A DNA stretch of 64,000 nucleotides from a virus (lineage: Duplodnaviria > Caudoviricetes): the IMG/VR virus record IMGVR_UViG_3300013121_000031, positions 1 to 64,000 of that record; one strand, 5' to 3'. The number at the start of each line of letters is the position of its first letter. The stretch's first letter is position 1. A model generated the notes under the pieces. That model searched no databases and was not told where the DNA came from. It worked only from the letters and a program-made list of their open reading frames with translations. Positions 19,163 to 27,957 of the stretch are shown in pieces. The position numbers and the translations under genes were made by a program.

Positions 19163-19237
19163 CGGGATGTGGCTCAGTGGTAGAGCAGGCGGTTTGGGAC
19201 CGTCAGGTCGTTGGTTCAAATCCAACCATTCCGACCA
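19163..19237 (+). tRNA. tRNA-Pro(TGG)
   Basis: Canonical cloverleaf, CCA. Confidence 0.92.
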
Positions 19238-19254
19238 TAAGGTAAGTGCTGCAT

Positions 19255-19551
19255 ATGGCTGAAGTGTATTTAGTCAAAGGAAAAACTGGTGAATATGCTG
19301 ATGCTGTCAGTTGGAATGTTGCTGGGTTTATTTATGAAGATGATGCTGCCCTATTTGCTCATGAACTCAATAAATATTGTTTAGAGAACAACGTGCATAA
19401 AATGAAAGCTGATCACAGAAAAACCAATCACCCAGCTAAGATCATTGAGAAAAATTTTCTTGACCAAAATATGCAGATTGACTATACCGGAACCGAGTAT
19501 CAAGTTGAAGGTCCTTTTCCATTAAATCTAGGAGGTTGTATATTATGTTGA
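19255..19551 (+). CDS. Hypothetical protein in tRNA cluster
   Basis: ORF with TAAGG upstream. Confidence 0.55.
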   Translation: MAEVYLVKGKTGEYADAVSWNVAGFIYEDDAALFAHELNKYCLENNVHKMKADHRKTNHPAKIIEKNFLDQNMQIDYTGTEYQVEGPFPLNLGGCILC

Positions 19552-19555
19552 TGGT

Positions 19556-19628
19556 GGGGGAGTAGTTCAATGGGTAGAACATTTGTTTTGCAAACAAAAG
19601 GTAATCAGTTCGAACCTGGTCTCCTCCA
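19556..19628 (+). tRNA. tRNA-Ala(TGC)
   Basis: Cloverleaf with G3:U70. Confidence 0.88.
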
Positions 19629-19637
19629 AATTTTCAT

Positions 19638-19716
19638 GGTAGTTGTAGCTTAAATGGTAGATAGCGCTAGGTTGTGAGCTTAGAAGGTGGCGGTTCAAAT
19701 CCGCTCAACTACCCCA
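19638..19716 (+). tRNA. tRNA-His(GTG)
   Basis: G-1:C73, CCA. Confidence 0.9.
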
Positions 19717-19717
19717 T

Positions 19718-19804
19718 GGAGAGTAGTCAGTAGAGGTACTGAAGAGGCTTGCTAAGCTTCCATACCATCGAAAGATGTTGGTTCGACTCCAATTCTCTCC
19801 GCCA
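19718..19804 (+). tRNA. tRNA-Ser(GCT), 8/4-type fold, copy 1
   Basis: 6-bp D-stem TCAGTA/TACTGA, V-arm CATC-GAAA-GATG, GCCA end. Confidence 0.8.
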
Positions 19805-19825
19805 TTTATATAAGAGGTGCTTAAA

Positions 19826-20074
19826 ATGACCACAGCAAATACTGAAGCCGAAATATGGAGAGTAGGAAGATCTCAAGCTCTAAGAATTAAAATTGCATCT
19901 GGTTTATATATTAAAGCTTTTGATTTTAAAATAGAAAAATGTGATTTAAATTTAGAATCATTTGTTATCAAAAGTTCAAAACCTATGCATCATGTAATAA
20001 TGCATCCTTATATGATTGACTGGTGCAAAGAATTATATGAGTTGCAGCAAAATTATCCAAATGAGAATCTATAA
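19826..20074 (+). CDS. Hypothetical protein (N-terminus paralogous to 32730-32885)
   Basis: GAGGT SD; MTT..IWRVGRSQALRIKIAS. Confidence 0.6.
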   Translation: MTTANTEAEIWRVGRSQALRIKIASGLYIKAFDFKIEKCDLNLESFVIKSSKPMHHVIMHPYMIDWCKELYELQQNYPNENL

Positions 20075-20148
20075 CCCCGAGTGGTCAAATAGGTAAAGGC
20101 ATCCGACTTAAAATCGGGTATTTGCGGGTTCGAATCCCGCCTTGGGGA
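20075..20148 (+). tRNA. tRNA-Leu(TAA), short variable loop
   Basis: Cloverleaf, A73. Confidence 0.85.
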
Positions 20149-20153
20149 TATAA

Positions 20154-20227
20154 ACCCATCTAGCTCAATGGAAGAGCATTCGACTGATAATCGAAAGACG
20201 ATAGTTCAACTCTATCGATGGGGACCA
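20154..20227 (+). tRNA. tRNA-Ile(GAT)
   Basis: Cloverleaf, CCA; A1:G72 mismatch. Confidence 0.85.
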
Positions 20228-20230
20228 TTT

Positions 20231-20304
20231 TGACGGGTAGCCTAATGGCAAGGCAATAGACTTTGAATCTACTGACGGAAGTTCGATTCTTCCCCCGTCA
20301 TCCA
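20231..20304 (+). tRNA. tRNA-Gln(TTG)
   Basis: Cloverleaf, U1-A72, CCA. Confidence 0.88.
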
Positions 20305-20320
20305 CTTATAAGGATTTTGA

Positions 20321-20458
20321 ATGAAAACAAAGCGCTTATTTTATGAATTGTTGTGTTGGATTATTATTCCTCTAATAATTGCGCATTCGACTCATGATTG
20401 GTCAAATGCGCTTTGTTGGTATATTGGAGTTCTTGTTGCTAGATTTCTCAAAATTTGA
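20321..20458 (+). CDS. 45-aa membrane protein (not in ORF track)
   Basis: TAAGGA SD; MKTKRLFYELLCWIIIPLIIAHSTHDWSNALCWYIGVLVARFLKI. Confidence 0.5.
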   Translation: MKTKRLFYELLCWIIIPLIIAHSTHDWSNALCWYIGVLVARFLKI

Positions 20459-20469
20459 GATGTGTCGAT

Positions 20470-20661
20470 CTAATCGACAAATAATTTAGCTCTTACTGCA
20501 CAATCCTTGGATTCGAGCAATTTACGCAAAGCAACAGTCTTTTCAGGGTTATCTGGAAGTGAGGTGTTGATGTGCTCAGCCAACTCACAAAATGGTTTCG
20601 AAACTTCTTGCAAGTGTGTTGGAAGATGTTTGTACTCGAAAAATTGCATTAATTTGTTCAT
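20470..20661 (-). CDS. Small conserved phage protein, possibly Acb2/Tad1-like
   Basis: FFEYKHLP..LQEVSKPF..LA...LP..PEKTVALRKLLESKDCAVRA. Confidence 0.5.
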   Translation of the reverse strand: MNKLMQFFEYKHLPTHLQEVSKPFCELAEHINTSLPDNPEKTVALRKLLESKDCAVRAKLFVD

Positions 20662-20670
20662 TCAAAGCTC

Positions 20671-21279
20671 CTATTTTTTGATCATTTCTAAGAATTCAGC
20701 CCTGACTTCAGCTTTCCTCATATCCCCGAGCAATGCTGAAGTGACCATAATTGTATTATTCTTTTGGATTCCTCTACAACTCATGCACTGATGGTGAGCT
20801 TCAATTACAACCCCAACACCAAGAGGACGAACGATTTGGTTGAAGGAACGAGCAATCTCTTGAGTCATTCTTTCTTGCACTTGCAGACGTTTTGCAAAGC
20901 ATTCGGCAAGTCTGGCTAGTTTTGATAAACCAACGATTCTATCTTTTGGTATGTATCCAATATGAACAACCCCTCTAAAAGGCAGCATATGATGCTCGCA
21001 CATGCTTGTGAATTCAATATCACGCAAAATCACCATTTGATCGTATTTTTCAGCATTAAAATGTGCTGATAGTATTTCTTTAGGGTTTTGTCGATATCCA
21101 GCAGTCATTTCAAATAAAGCTTTGACTACTCTAGAAGGAGTTTTCTGCAATCCTTCTCTATTAACATCCTCACCAATACCCCTTATTAAGGTAGAGACTG
21201 CATCTAAAAGATGAACATCATCAACTGAAGCTGGTTGTCTAAAATTTGAAACTTTTACTGCCTTATTTCTTGCTGCCAT
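20671..21279 (-). CDS. folE: GTP cyclohydrolase I
   Basis: REGLQKTPSRV, SMCEHH, GLSKLAR, RLQVQER, HQCMSCRG. Confidence 0.96.
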   Translation of the reverse strand: MAARNKAVKVSNFRQPASVDDVHLLDAVSTLIRGIGEDVNREGLQKTPSRVVKALFEMTAGYRQNPKEILSAHFNAEKYDQMVILRDIEFTSMCEHHMLPFRGVVHIGYIPKDRIVGLSKLARLAECFAKRLQVQERMTQEIARSFNQIVRPLGVGVVIEAHHQCMSCRGIQKNNTIMVTSALLGDMRKAEVRAEFLEMIKK

Positions 21280-21891
21280 TTATCTTACCTGCCATGTTTT
21301 GTGATTTTGCACTGATAATCTCCACTCAGGATTTTCTAAACATAACTTGATGCACCAATCGAGCGTATCTCTATCAAGTCCATGCCCAGAAAATGCGGGG
21401 GAGATGTATTTGAGTTCAGCAGTAACCGCAGGAACAGGGATTCCTTGGCCTTGTGCTCGAACATATTTAACTTCGGTGGCTGTTAATTGCTTAATTGCAT
21501 GCTCAGCCACTTTAGGACTGATCGTAATCCAATCAAGGTTCTTTGGTAATTCAATTGACCCATTGCTTTCTATGGCAATTTTGTATCCATATTGATGAAA
21601 ATGCCAGATAAACTGGTCATCAACTTGCAAACCGGGCTCACCACCAGTCAAAACCAACCATTGACAGTTATATTTGGCTACCTCATTATGAATTTCAGCC
21701 AAAGTGAGCATTCTGCCTGAAGCAAATTCAGTGTCACAAGCAAAACCACCAGGGGATTTTGGCCCTGGAGCGATATCACAAGCCATATTACACCCACGAA
21801 AGCGAATAAAAATAGATGGTTCACCAGCCCGCCCTCCTTCACCCTGAAGGCTATAAAATATTTCCGACACCCAATATTCATTTTTACTCAT
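21280..21891 (-). CDS. queE: 7-carboxy-7-deazaguanine synthase (radical SAM)
   Basis: EIFYSLQGEG, FIRF.GCN..C..CDT with extended Cys spacing, LTGGEP, SPK, WRLSVQNHK. Confidence 0.93.
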   Translation of the reverse strand: MSKNEYWVSEIFYSLQGEGGRAGEPSIFIRFRGCNMACDIAPGPKSPGGFACDTEFASGRMLTLAEIHNEVAKYNCQWLVLTGGEPGLQVDDQFIWHFHQYGYKIAIESNGSIELPKNLDWITISPKVAEHAIKQLTATEVKYVRAQGQGIPVPAVTAELKYISPAFSGHGLDRDTLDWCIKLCLENPEWRLSVQNHKTWQVR

Positions 21892-22514
21892 GCCTTTTTA
21901 TTTCTCCATGCAAGTCGTTTAGCAATAGTCTCTGGTGATTGTTTCTTTCCAAGTTTAGCTTGTCTCAATTTCTCTTTATGCTCTTCAGTCAATTTTTTAC
22001 CAGAATGAGCTTTTGAAATTGCTGCTTTCGCTTCTTCTGTATGCACTGGGCCTTTCTTCTTTATCCCAAGTAATCGTTTCTGCTCCCAAGCTCTTTTATT
22101 TGCCTCACTTCTAGCTTTTACCGCTTCTGGTGTGGCTTTAATAGACATTCCAGTTCTCGTCTTTTTATAACTCTCACGTTGTTGACCTGTCCATGGTTTA
22201 CCTAATCTTCCATAAGTTGCTCCTCCTTCCCCACCATCAGTAAAATTAGTTAAATCATTTCCTAATTCCCTGTAATGCTTAATCCACCAACGTTCTCGTT
22301 CTTCCCATACTGATTCATCTACATTTTCAAGAGTAATAACTATTGGCCGCAAACCTATTTTCATTAGACTGTTAAGCCATTGAGCACGATGAGTCTTCCC
22401 ATCTAATGCAGCAGGGCAAAGGTGATTTTGGATTCGGTGTTTTAAATTTTGAGCTTTACCTACATAACGAATTACATTAGTTCTTGGGTCAGCAAGCCCA
22501 TAAATTGTAATCAT
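21888..22514 (-). mobile_element. Free-standing GIY-YIG homing endonuclease with NUMOD3-like repeats
   Basis: TIYGL.DPR...RYVGK, ERWWI, LTN.TDGGEG, HTEEAKAAIS/LTEEHKEKLR/QSPETIAK; lies between queD and queE. Confidence 0.85.
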
Positions 22515-22523
22515 TTCAGTCTC

Positions 22524-22958
22524 CTAATTGTGAGCTTCATAAGTCGCATAACAATTGTCAGTCTCATATAAGACTATTTTGGTGACTTCGATGTCATATG
22601 AAGCCAATAGAGTATTTGATAGCTCAAATAAGAATTGACACATTGATTCAGCCGTTGGATTTTGGTCCATGTAGAACAACTTAATTGGCAATCCGGCTTT
22701 TAGTAAGCTTTCCATTGCTTCTCTAGTCTGGGTATCATTCACATTTAAAATAAGCCCATGATCCCAGTTTCGATCAATCCAATTTCCAATTTTATCTTTG
22801 ATAACTGAGAAATCAATTACTCTTCCAACTGTGTCTAAGTTGCCTATACATGTTATGTGCGCTGAGTAATTATGCCCATGCAATTGAGCACACTTAGATT
22901 CATGCCCAACAAGTCTATGCCCAGCGCAAAAATTTAAAATTCTAGTGCAAGTAGTCAA
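22524..22958 (-). CDS. queD: 6-carboxytetrahydropterin synthase
   Basis: FCAGHRL..C..LHGHNY, DF, WDH, NPTAE, YET. Confidence 0.93.
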   Translation of the reverse strand: MTTCTRILNFCAGHRLVGHESKCAQLHGHNYSAHITCIGNLDTVGRVIDFSVIKDKIGNWIDRNWDHGLILNVNDTQTREAMESLLKAGLPIKLFYMDQNPTAESMCQFLFELSNTLLASYDIEVTKIVLYETDNCYATYEAHN

Positions 22959-22959
22959 T

Positions 22960-23652
22960 TTATTTGCTCCCTAATAAAACTTGGATTGGTGTATTGTCCT
23001 CATAAACAGTAGGGTCGGTGGTACCGCTTAGATAAAATGCTTCTCTACGTTCAACACATGTCCCACACTTGCCACAATGAATCTCTCCTCCTTTATAACA
23101 ACTCCAAGTTAACTCAAAAGGAACTTTATCAAAGAATCCAATTGCAGCTATTTCGGCTTTTGAGCGATTTGCAAAAGGAGCGAGTAATTTAATTGGAGTG
23201 TAGTGACAAAGTTGCATAGCTTTATCAAGTTGTTCTATAAACATTTCTCGACAATCTGGGTAGATTGCGTGATCTCCTGCGTGTGCTGCATATGCCACAA
23301 AATTCATATCATGTGAAATTGCGTATGCAGTTGCCACTGAGAGCATAATCATGTTTCTGTTAGGAACAACAGTGGCCTTCATGTTGTCCTCAGCATAATG
23401 ACCTTCAGGGACATCGATATCATCAGTTTGACTATTGTTTTTCAAAACAACCGATTTAAGCACACCTAAATCAACAACATCATAAGGAACCCCAGCCCAA
23501 TCAGCGATTAATTTGGCCGCTTGAAGTTCCTTAGCGTGTCTCTGCCCATAGTGAACCCCCAATGCTCTTATTTCGTATTGGTCTTTTTGTAAAACTTTGA
23601 GTAGAGTAGATGAATCCATTCCACCACTTAAAAGAACTACAGCTCTTTTCAT
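22960..23652 (-). CDS. queC: 7-cyano-7-deazaguanine synthase
   Basis: LLSGGMDS, YGQRH, VPNRN, YPDCR, TWSCY..HCGKCGTC. Confidence 0.96.
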   Translation of the reverse strand: MKRAVVLLSGGMDSSTLLKVLQKDQYEIRALGVHYGQRHAKELQAAKLIADWAGVPYDVVDLGVLKSVVLKNNSQTDDIDVPEGHYAEDNMKATVVPNRNMIMLSVATAYAISHDMNFVAYAAHAGDHAIYPDCREMFIEQLDKAMQLCHYTPIKLLAPFANRSKAEIAAIGFFDKVPFELTWSCYKGGEIHCGKCGTCVERREAFYLSGTTDPTVYEDNTPIQVLLGSK

Positions 23653-24524
23653 TGATCTTCCCCCGCTTGACTGTATATGTAGCTAGTTACTTCGTAATTT
23701 GGGTAATGTTCTTTAAAAGCTGTGAGATTTTTATTTAAACCAAATCCACAATTTAATGATTTAAACCCTTGTACGTACAAATTTTTCAAAGCCAATGTGT
23801 CAGCATAATTCATTAATTGAGAGAATGAGTCCCAACTGTTTCCAAAATTGGCTAAATCATATGTTCTTCTTTGGTCAATTCCAACAATACGAGTGGCAAG
23901 AACTTTTCCACCAAATTTGAATACGAATGTTTTGAATAATCGTGGGTATTGCAATGCCTTTTGGCAACAGAATAAGTATTTTTTGTTCGGGAACATGATC
24001 TTGAAGATCTTTGGGTCAGCAAGCTTATAATCAACCCACATATCATGCAATTCTTGCACTCCAGCGAAGTTTTCTTTGCTCAAGCTCTCAACACTAACCC
24101 CCCACTTTTCTAATTGGGTAATTGGATAAGTAAGACGCTGATGTCTTTTCTTGGCATTTTTATATGATGCTGGATTGTTGACTTGCTCTAAGTCATAAGC
24201 AATTTCTACAAAAGGTTTTCCATCGTCTAATTGCTGCAACTTGTCTATAGAATAGACTGGTCCAAGGCTTCTAAGATACTCAAGCATGTTTTTACTGTTT
24301 TCTGGTTCTTGATAGACAAAAGTTTTAAATCTACCTTGCTTATTCGGCAATACAAGAACTGAATTTTTTAAAAGCAACGGAGGGGTCTTAGAAGCCAACA
24401 TTTCATTTAAATAAAAATATGTGACCAATGTTGTCACTGAAAAATTATGAACGCCCTTATTATCCAATTGGTATAAATTGGAAATATTGGTTTCAAACTT
24501 CTTCAGTGGCATCAATTTATTCAT
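23649..24524 (-). CDS. DUF2156/LPG-synthase-C-like GNAT-fold transferase (putative)
   Basis: [44 protein letters not shown]; probable ATG 24524 overlaps the queF stop. Confidence 0.5.
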   Translation of the reverse strand: MNKLMPLKKFETNISNLYQLDNKGVHNFSVTTLVTYFYLNEMLASKTPPLLLKNSVLVLPNKQGRFKTFVYQEPENSKNMLEYLRSLGPVYSIDKLQQLDDGKPFVEIAYDLEQVNNPASYKNAKKRHQRLTYPITQLEKWGVSVESLSKENFAGVQELHDMWVDYKLADPKIFKIMFPNKKYLFCCQKALQYPRLFKTFVFKFGGKVLATRIVGIDQRRTYDLANFGNSWDSFSQLMNYADTLALKNLYVQGFKSLNCGFGLNKNLTAFKEHYPNYEVTSYIYSQAGEDQ

Positions 24525-24942
24525 TTGCGTAGTTATTAAATACTTTGATTGGATTGATTGAAATGCCACCTCTAGGAAAGAAATCTCCCTTGACACTAAT
24601 CCATTTTGGTTTCAATAAATTATTTAAGTCATTCGCAATCGTGTTGATCACCTCTTCATGGAAAGATCCATGATTTCTAAAACTGAATAAATACAGTTTC
24701 AATGATTTTGATTCAACAAGCCATTCATTTGGAGTGTACTCAATCACAATTTTGGCAAAATCTGGTTGTTTTGTTTTTGGACACAATGCAGTGAATTCAG
24801 GACATTCAAGTTGCACTACATAGCTATCAGTATCTTTGTTTGGAAACTTGTTTGCAAAGCGTTCCAATACTTGTGGAGCATATTCAGTAGGGTAATCTGT
24901 GTTCCCGGACCCAAGACTTTTAAGTTGTAATTCTTCTACCAT
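24517..24942 (-). CDS. queF: preQ0 reductase, type I
   Basis: [42 protein letters not shown]. Confidence 0.95.
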   Translation of the reverse strand: MVEELQLKSLGSGNTDYPTEYAPQVLERFANKFPNKDTDSYVVQLECPEFTALCPKTKQPDFAKIVIEYTPNEWLVESKSLKLYLFSFRNHGSFHEEVINTIANDLNNLLKPKWISVKGDFFPRGGISINPIKVFNNYANE

Positions 24943-25823
24943 AATCCTTTATCCCTTCCTTCGTAAAAACAGTCAAACAAAAATTCAAGAACATAGTGAG
25001 GCATTGCACAAGCTAGAAAGATTTTGGTTCCATACATTCTTTCTAAATCAAGCGCTTGTTTTATCCGTGCATAATTGTTTATTCGATCAGCTGTATTTTT
25101 AATATCATGTTTTGATATCGAAGTCCTCCACGCATCAGATTTTCCAAGTTTTTTGACATCTTCCCACGTAGCTCCAACCTTCAGTAATTTATCAACAAGC
25201 TCCTTGTCCGGCTTTTCAATAAACTGATTTTTGTTAGCGTTAGTGATTCTCATTGTTTTTGGGTCATAAACAGCCATGTTCCCAAATCTTCGTAATGAAT
25301 TCCAACTTGAACTATCTACAGATTCTGGACGGTAGTATTTAACAAATGATGTATTAGTAAAGCCAAGCCAATGAACTCTTCGTTTGCCATTTTGGTTCAT
25401 AAACCATCTTAAATACGCATCGTTCTTTCCACCAATTGCAATTCCACCGAACATAATGTAGTCGGTGTAACTGTATAAATCTTCAAGTCTTGATGATGTT
25501 TCTCCACGAGTAAATACTGGCATTACGTCATACCCACGCTTATTCATGGTCAAGAAGTTTTGATATGACTGGTGAGGGTCTCCATACACATCAAGCTGAA
25601 CAGCATGAAAAGGTCTTAAATCTGAGATCGCATCTAGAAATCTGCAATACTCATCAAGATCAATCTGCAAGCCAGTATTCCAAGCTGAAAACGCCCCAGA
25701 ATCAACAATTAATCGATAATCTTCTTTAGGGGTCTTTCGTAAAAACTCTATCCAGTTCTCAGAAAAGTATGGATAAGCAATTAGAACGTTAAGCGGTTGT
25801 TTGCCTTTAACTAATTGTGACAT
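24936..25823 (-). CDS. TGT/DpdA-like 7-deazaguanine transglycosylase
   Basis: [32 protein letters not shown]; no C-terminal Zn site of the bacterial TGT type seen. Confidence 0.75.
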   Translation of the reverse strand: MSQLVKGKQPLNVLIAYPYFSENWIEFLRKTPKEDYRLIVDSGAFSAWNTGLQIDLDEYCRFLDAISDLRPFHAVQLDVYGDPHQSYQNFLTMNKRGYDVMPVFTRGETSSRLEDLYSYTDYIMFGGIAIGGKNDAYLRWFMNQNGKRRVHWLGFTNTSFVKYYRPESVDSSSWNSLRRFGNMAVYDPKTMRITNANKNQFIEKPDKELVDKLLKVGATWEDVKKLGKSDAWRTSISKHDIKNTADRINNYARIKQALDLERMYGTKIFLACAMPHYVLEFLFDCFYEGRDKGLW

Positions 25824-26388
25824 CGGTGATTTTAGCTCCGTCTATTGCTTTTCGCAGGAGTGTGACTAGCTCACCTTTTACGGACTGTTCACATTCCACG
25901 GTTATCTTGGCCTTTGCTTTGTCATCTGAAGGAACAACCTTCTCGACTTTTGAGATATCACTATCCCAATTTTCATCCATCATAATTGAAAGTTCATAAT
26001 CTGAGAACCCTAAGAGATTCAAATCATACTGCATTTCTTCAAGAGAGAGAATTTCATCTCTTAATAGCACTGCATCCCAATCAGCATTAAGAGCCAATTT
26101 ATTGTCAGCAATAACATAAGCTCTTTTTTGAGCCTCAGATAGTCCCTTTGCAACAATACAAGGAACTTCAGTTATCCCTAGTTTTTTAGCAGCTTGAGAG
26201 CGAGCATGCCCAGCCAAAATAATGTTTTTCTCGTCAATAAGAATTGGAGAAGTCCATCCAAATTCTTTTATTGAGTTGCAAACTTGTTCAATTTGCTCAG
26301 TCGTGTGAGTTCTTGAATTTTTACTATACGGTTTCAGTTCAGCCAAAGGCTTAGTAACTATCTGTAGCCGTTCTTTTGACACTTTCAT
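25807..26388 (-). CDS. ParB/Srx N-terminal domain protein
   Basis: LKPY.KNSRTH..QI..SIKEFGWTSPILID...AGH.R..AYVIADNKLA...WD. Confidence 0.88.
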   Translation of the reverse strand: MKVSKERLQIVTKPLAELKPYSKNSRTHTTEQIEQVCNSIKEFGWTSPILIDEKNIILAGHARSQAAKKLGITEVPCIVAKGLSEAQKRAYVIADNKLALNADWDAVLLRDEILSLEEMQYDLNLLGFSDYELSIMMDENWDSDISKVEKVVPSDDKAKAKITVECEQSVKGELVTLLRKAIDGAKITDVTIS

Positions 26389-27002
26389 TAATGCATCCCC
26401 ATCCACTCTTTGCATACTGTCACAAGAGCCTCAGATTCTGATAACTCAGCACCATCATGCTCTCTAACACGATTAATGGCACTCATAACAACCAAATACT
26501 GATTTTGACTTAAAAGAATGGCTTTGTCTTTCTTTCCATTTGGCATTCTTCTTGATTTTTTAGGAGCATCTTCTTCTTTTGGGTCGAGATTATCAATGCT
26601 CCAATCTTGATAAAGCAATGATTCAAGTTCAACTGGAGAGAATGATAGATTGAATATTTCAGTAGTAACATCAAGCTCCTTAAGCTCAATCTGCAAAGCT
26701 TCGGGGTTCCACATTGTTTTTTCAGAGATCTTATTATCTAAGATTCGATATTCACGAATTTGCTTTGGAGTTAAATTGTCTACTTTTACACAAGGAACTT
26801 CAGTAAGTTCTAGAAACTTGGCAGCCATCAATCTCGTATGCCCAACAATTACTTCATTATCAGGACCAGTGACTACTAAAGGTTGCTGCCATCCATATGA
26901 TTTAATTGACTCTGCTAATGCCTCGATTGCTGACATTGGGATTGAACGAGGATTGTTGTGGTAGGGAGTGATTTGATTAATATCGATCCAATTGATATTC
27001 AT
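26388..27002 (-). CDS. ParB/Srx N-terminal domain protein
   Basis: PYHNNPR..SIKSYGWQQPLVV..VGHTR..YRILDNK..E..WN. Confidence 0.88.
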   Translation of the reverse strand: MNINWIDINQITPYHNNPRSIPMSAIEALAESIKSYGWQQPLVVTGPDNEVIVGHTRLMAAKFLELTEVPCVKVDNLTPKQIREYRILDNKISEKTMWNPEALQIELKELDVTTEIFNLSFSPVELESLLYQDWSIDNLDPKEEDAPKKSRRMPNGKKDKAILLSQNQYLVVMSAINRVREHDGAELSESEALVTVCKEWMGMH

Positions 27003-27361
27003 TATTTGTCTCTCATCCAGTTAGGAGCATGTTTTTCAAGGTAGAACATAGCTGCTTCTAGTTTTTTGCTATCTACGTCTTTTCCTTGAATTGTTTGAAT
27101 AACAATTGCGGCGCACGATTGCTGAACTCTTGCCTTCCCGCGAACTATGGCCGTCTTAAATTGGGGGTCCTCAGCCATTCTTTGTTCAAATTCAGCAACC
27201 GTGCAATCTAAAAGAGCACATATAGAAGCTCGATCTAGCCTAGCCGCTCCAAATGTCTCTAATTGATTTATATATTTTTCGTCCAAAACTTCGGGAATTG
27301 CCGAAGTTGGAGTACTTGCCGCAACTATTTTTTTCTTAGTGTTACCAATGTTCTTCTTCAT
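27002..27361 (-). CDS. Terminase small subunit-like HTH protein
   Basis: ICALLDC..FKTAIVRGKA..AAMFYLEKHAPNW. Confidence 0.5.
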   Translation of the reverse strand: MKKNIGNTKKKIVAASTPTSAIPEVLDEKYINQLETFGAARLDRASICALLDCTVAEFEQRMAEDPQFKTAIVRGKARVQQSCAAIVIQTIQGKDVDSKKLEAAMFYLEKHAPNWMRDK

Positions 27362-27396
27362 AACGATATCTTATCACCAGTAACATTATTATTCAA

Positions 27397-27699
27397 TCAT
27401 GGTTTCCATAACGGGAAGTTAGATAGAAATCTTCGCTTCTCATGATAGATTCCTTCAGTAGCAACACAAGTCAAACCTAGATTGTCATCAGGCTCATCAT
27501 GAAATTCATATTTGATGTTCTTTAGTTTGAGTAGATCAATTACTTTTAAAAGAGCTTGTTTATCAGCTACTTGTAAAAGAACCAAATTGCACCCTTCAGG
27601 CAGAGCAAATGATTTTCCGGCTAAGGCACTTGCATGCGACACTTGGCACATAGCATCAGCATGACTTAGATCTTTTCTGACAAAAACGTAATAATACAT
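27397..27699 (-). CDS. Phage peptidyl-tRNA hydrolase (PTH2-like)
   Basis: YVFVRKDL...CQVSHA...LVLLQV...F.DEPD...LTCVAT...PLW; GGAGG at 27708-27712 before ATG 27699. Confidence 0.75.
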   Translation of the reverse strand: MYYYVFVRKDLSHADAMCQVSHASALAGKSFALPEGCNLVLLQVADKQALLKVIDLLKLKNIKYEFHDEPDDNLGLTCVATEGIYHEKRRFLSNFPLWKP

Positions 27700-27779
27700 A
27701 TAAAAATCCTCCATAAATGACTACGAAACAGAGTCATAAATGGAGGATCTTTATTTTGATTGTCGCAAATCTACGTCAT
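27666..27779 (-). promoter_or_regulatory. Leader ORF with amber codon 3, plus hairpin sequestering the pth SD
   Basis: ATG ACG TAG ATT TGC GAC AAT CAA AAT AAA GAT CCT CCA...TAA; hairpin 27700-27754. Confidence 0.65.
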
Positions 27780-27878
27780 TTTGTTACCGAACTTTTAAAA
27801 ATGGCCCCCCTCTTTACCTTTCGATATCGAGAGGGATAAATGTTGCGGGTGATTAGCTATTAACTTTTCACCCGCATA

Positions 27879-27957
27879 TGGTGCCTGAGACGAGGATCTA
27901 ACTCGCATATCTCCGGTTTAGAATCGGTACCTGCATCTATTTGAGGAACACTCAGGC
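27879..27957 (-). tRNA. Amber-anticodon tRNA (CTA), non-canonical
   Basis: Acceptor GCCTGAG/CTCAGGC-ACCA; CCG-ATTCTAAAC-CGG centred on CTA (27919-21); T-arm GCGAG-TTAGATC-CTCGT. Confidence 0.7.

Noticed and set aside
17791-19245. Track ORFs 17791 (5' extension), 18258-18515 and 19063-19245
   Set aside because: They overlap tRNA genes; spurious frames
21888-22514. Group I intron around the GIY-YIG gene
   Set aside because: queD and queE are both intact and abut the ORF, leaving no room for intron core structure
22512-22526. In-frame TAG readthrough fusing queD to the GIY-YIG gene (similar at 31509-31524)
   Set aside because: TAGGAG doubles as the next gene's SD; in-frame spacing has a 1-in-3 chance and the fusions make no functional sense
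27912-27928. Reading the minus-strand tRNA as Arg(TCT)
   Set aside because: The CCG/CGG stem centres the loop on CTA; the TCT register gives no anticodon stem
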